Origin: Catajapyx aquilonaris
Taxonomy: Eukaryota
Reading direction: 5' to 3'
Assembly (NCBI GenBank): GCA_000934665.2
Contig: JYFJ02002658.1
Location: 1 to 53,087 of the forward strand
DNA: 53,087 nucleotides
Shown one piece after another: positions 50,501 through 53,087 of this stretch. The position numbers and the translations under genes were made by a program. A model generated the notes under the pieces. It worked only from the letters and a program-made list of their open reading frames with translations. It made no database searches and had not been told where the DNA came from. Numbering within the stretch: the stretch's first letter is position 1; the number at the start of each line of letters is the position of its first letter.

Positions 50501-53087
50501 GGTGGGCTGGGAAATTGGCTGACAGCGGTTTTCAAATGGATCACCAGGATCATTTTGGTCACTTGGACAGGAGCAACGCCAGTCTGTCCATTACTCAGAC
50601 TAATAACATGCTTCTAAGGTGGTAGTTGTGTGATGCAGAGCAATGCAAAGTAAAGAGTTTATCTCCGTGTAAAATATTGCTTCAATACATGTGTCTCACC
50701 TTATGCCCTCTAAATATGCAATGGTAACAATCTAAACTGCTACTCTGCACAGCGGAATTAAGCCTCACACCTGAAGTATCATCCTGCATTAATACACTTC
50801 AGGAGTTAGTGACCACCCTGCGAGTCTGCGAAATGTCAAATCCCCCTCATAAAAGGGAGTGAACTTAACCTTTTATAAATTCAAAGTTATTGGGTTCTTG
50901 CTCAGAGGATTGAGGTATTCCCATATCCAAGCCCACCTTATCCTCTCTATTTCGCTTTGGGCTGTTTGACAGATGGAAAGACGCAATATTCTTGAAGAAG
51001 ATTTGCCACCGCGTTATGGATGCTTCATGCCACCTGCCTGAAAGGCACGTTTCTCGTATTCTGATATTCTGACAATGCCACTTTTGGAGATGATTTCCAC
51101 CAAACATGTCTCGACTCACGGGAGTCAGATCACGCTTTCCCATATACATACCAAGTAGGAGTACAGTGTAATATAAGCATCATTATTTGTTGGCCAAATG
51201 TAGGCCTAGTTCTACTTTTTAAAATCCAATTTTGTGTCGCTGATTTCAATATTTGGTTTTCATGCAATGGCTGTTCTAATTCAAAATTCAATACTTGTTT
51301 TATTTGATTTCTGTTTGCGTAATGAGAAGCTACTCAACTCCACATTTGACTACTATAAAATATTTCGTACTATCTTCTCTTGAAAATTAGTGTCTCAAGC
51401 TTGAAATACCCTTCCCAGGTCAAGAAACGATTATCAGTCCTACAGGGTTGGCTAATGAGTTCTTTATGAGGAATGTAATTTCACTCCAGGCAAGCTGTGC
51501 AGCTCTGTTCACAAACGAGTCGAGAGGCTGGTCATGACTCACCAGTCCCAGCTGGGACGTCTGACAACCAGCGAATCCAAACCCACTAATGGGACAAACA
51601 TTTTTCTATTCTGTTGGCAAATTTATTTGTGTCAAACAAATAATAATCGACCTCTAATGACATCTCAACGAGATTTTTTCGCCATATGCTTATGCCACCA
51701 GAAAACCTGAATTTGGGACCTGTCATATTCTATAACCATAGACTGAGTCGGGGAAAAAAATCAATTTCTGAGTCAGCTATTGTGTACAGGATTCATGTAG
51801 CTTTCCTAGCACATTTCAGTCACTTGACTAATAAGTGAGTGTATTATATTAGTAAATATTTTCAGCAATAAAAAATGTCACAAGTTATACCACCAGATTA
51901 ATTTTGTAATCCTGATCAAAAGAGAACTTGAAAAATAATTGCTCAAATCTGATTAGACTTGTGAGATATAACATAGGTCAAAAGTGGCAGGAATATAGGA
52001 GCTGTGATGAAAAGAATTAATTATGACTGTAATACTATCATCCTCATCCCAAGTGAAAGCGGTTTCCTCCATAATTTATTCTGCTGCGTTACAATAATTA
52101 ATGTTACCGCCCGGTAGAAGGAGAAAAAAGCCTCGTTTCCCTCATAATTTAATCAGCCTAAGGTCTCGGTTTGGATAGAAACATTATGTGAACATTCCCA
52201 GCCATTACGTGAAATATTTTACTTTCATGATAATTATTATCATAGGAGCCCGAATTGGAACAAACTGTTCCGAAGCCTGAAAATGTGGGAATGAAAGCTC
52301 TTCCTTCATATCATCACACACAATCTGCGACACACCCCAGTGGTCCTCTCCTCCAAACGACATTATCCGCTGTTCCAGAAGAGTAATGAGATGTCGGCAC
52401 TAAGGCAAAGCAGATTAATCCGGACTGACACATTATGTATAGCTTATACCTGAGGAGTTGCGGCTCACTGGAAACCGCTCTTTGTGCGCAGTTTTCCCTC
52501 TGGGTAGTGTGTGCAGATCACGTGACCTTATCACTCTAATGACATCCACCAAGGTCCCCTAATACATGGATGCCATTATATTACTGAGCATGTGCATGTG
52601 CCACCAGGAGGAAACAGTGGTGTCAATATATAACACAAATGACTCACAGCCAGTGCATCCCCAAGATTGCTTTGCCATATTTAACAGCGATGGAATGACA
52701 ATTAGCTAAATGGAGGTAGTCTTGCATACATAATTATAAGTGCAATACGTCTGAGAACACTTAAATTGATCTAAAATTCAATACCGCCCGAATAAGTGTG
52801 GGGCAACTAGGACATGATTTTCTGGATCTCCCTGTACAATGTATAGACACTATAACCGAAAGGATCGACTGCGTTAGTAGTGGTGAATACAAAACATGTA
52901 CTGTATATACAGTAGTTACATTCAAACATGAGTGATCGCTTGTTCTGGGTTTAAACTACTATACTTATAGCAAAACTGTCCCTAATCGGTCAAGACTTGA
53001 CTAACAAATCAATGTGACCTATGATGTCAGCATATTGGGAGTACGGAAGTTTTGAACTAAACCTCAGCTGCTCTATTACGAACTGTA

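Overview
AT-rich, intron-containing eukaryotic DNA, most likely from an invertebrate and probably an arthropod (50-80 nt GT-AG introns, tRNA-derived SINEs, MITEs). The only genes I can support are a head-to-tail tandem array of four secreted peptidase family S28 genes (PRSS16/thymus-specific serine protease / C. elegans K12H4.7-like) on the + strand at 23.2-38.7 kb. Each has 8 coding exons, identical intron phases, a signal peptide and an intact Ser-Asp-His triad. All four carry a Cys before the nucleophile (GCSYSG) and a Cys after the catalytic His (AHC), with exactly 8 Cys in each mature protein. This suggests a CS-D-HC active-site disulfide like that of the tannase/feruloyl esterase/MHETase family. 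Other points: a required GC-AG intron in paralog 2, patchy identity between paralogs 3 and 4, and GATA-rich promoters. The remaining ~37 kb has no recognisable gene but holds MITEs, SINEs, a 96-bp near-perfect palindrome and two retroelement tails with a shared double hairpin. No prokaryotic-type systems (operons, CRISPR) are present. All coordinates were derived by hand and no database search was run.
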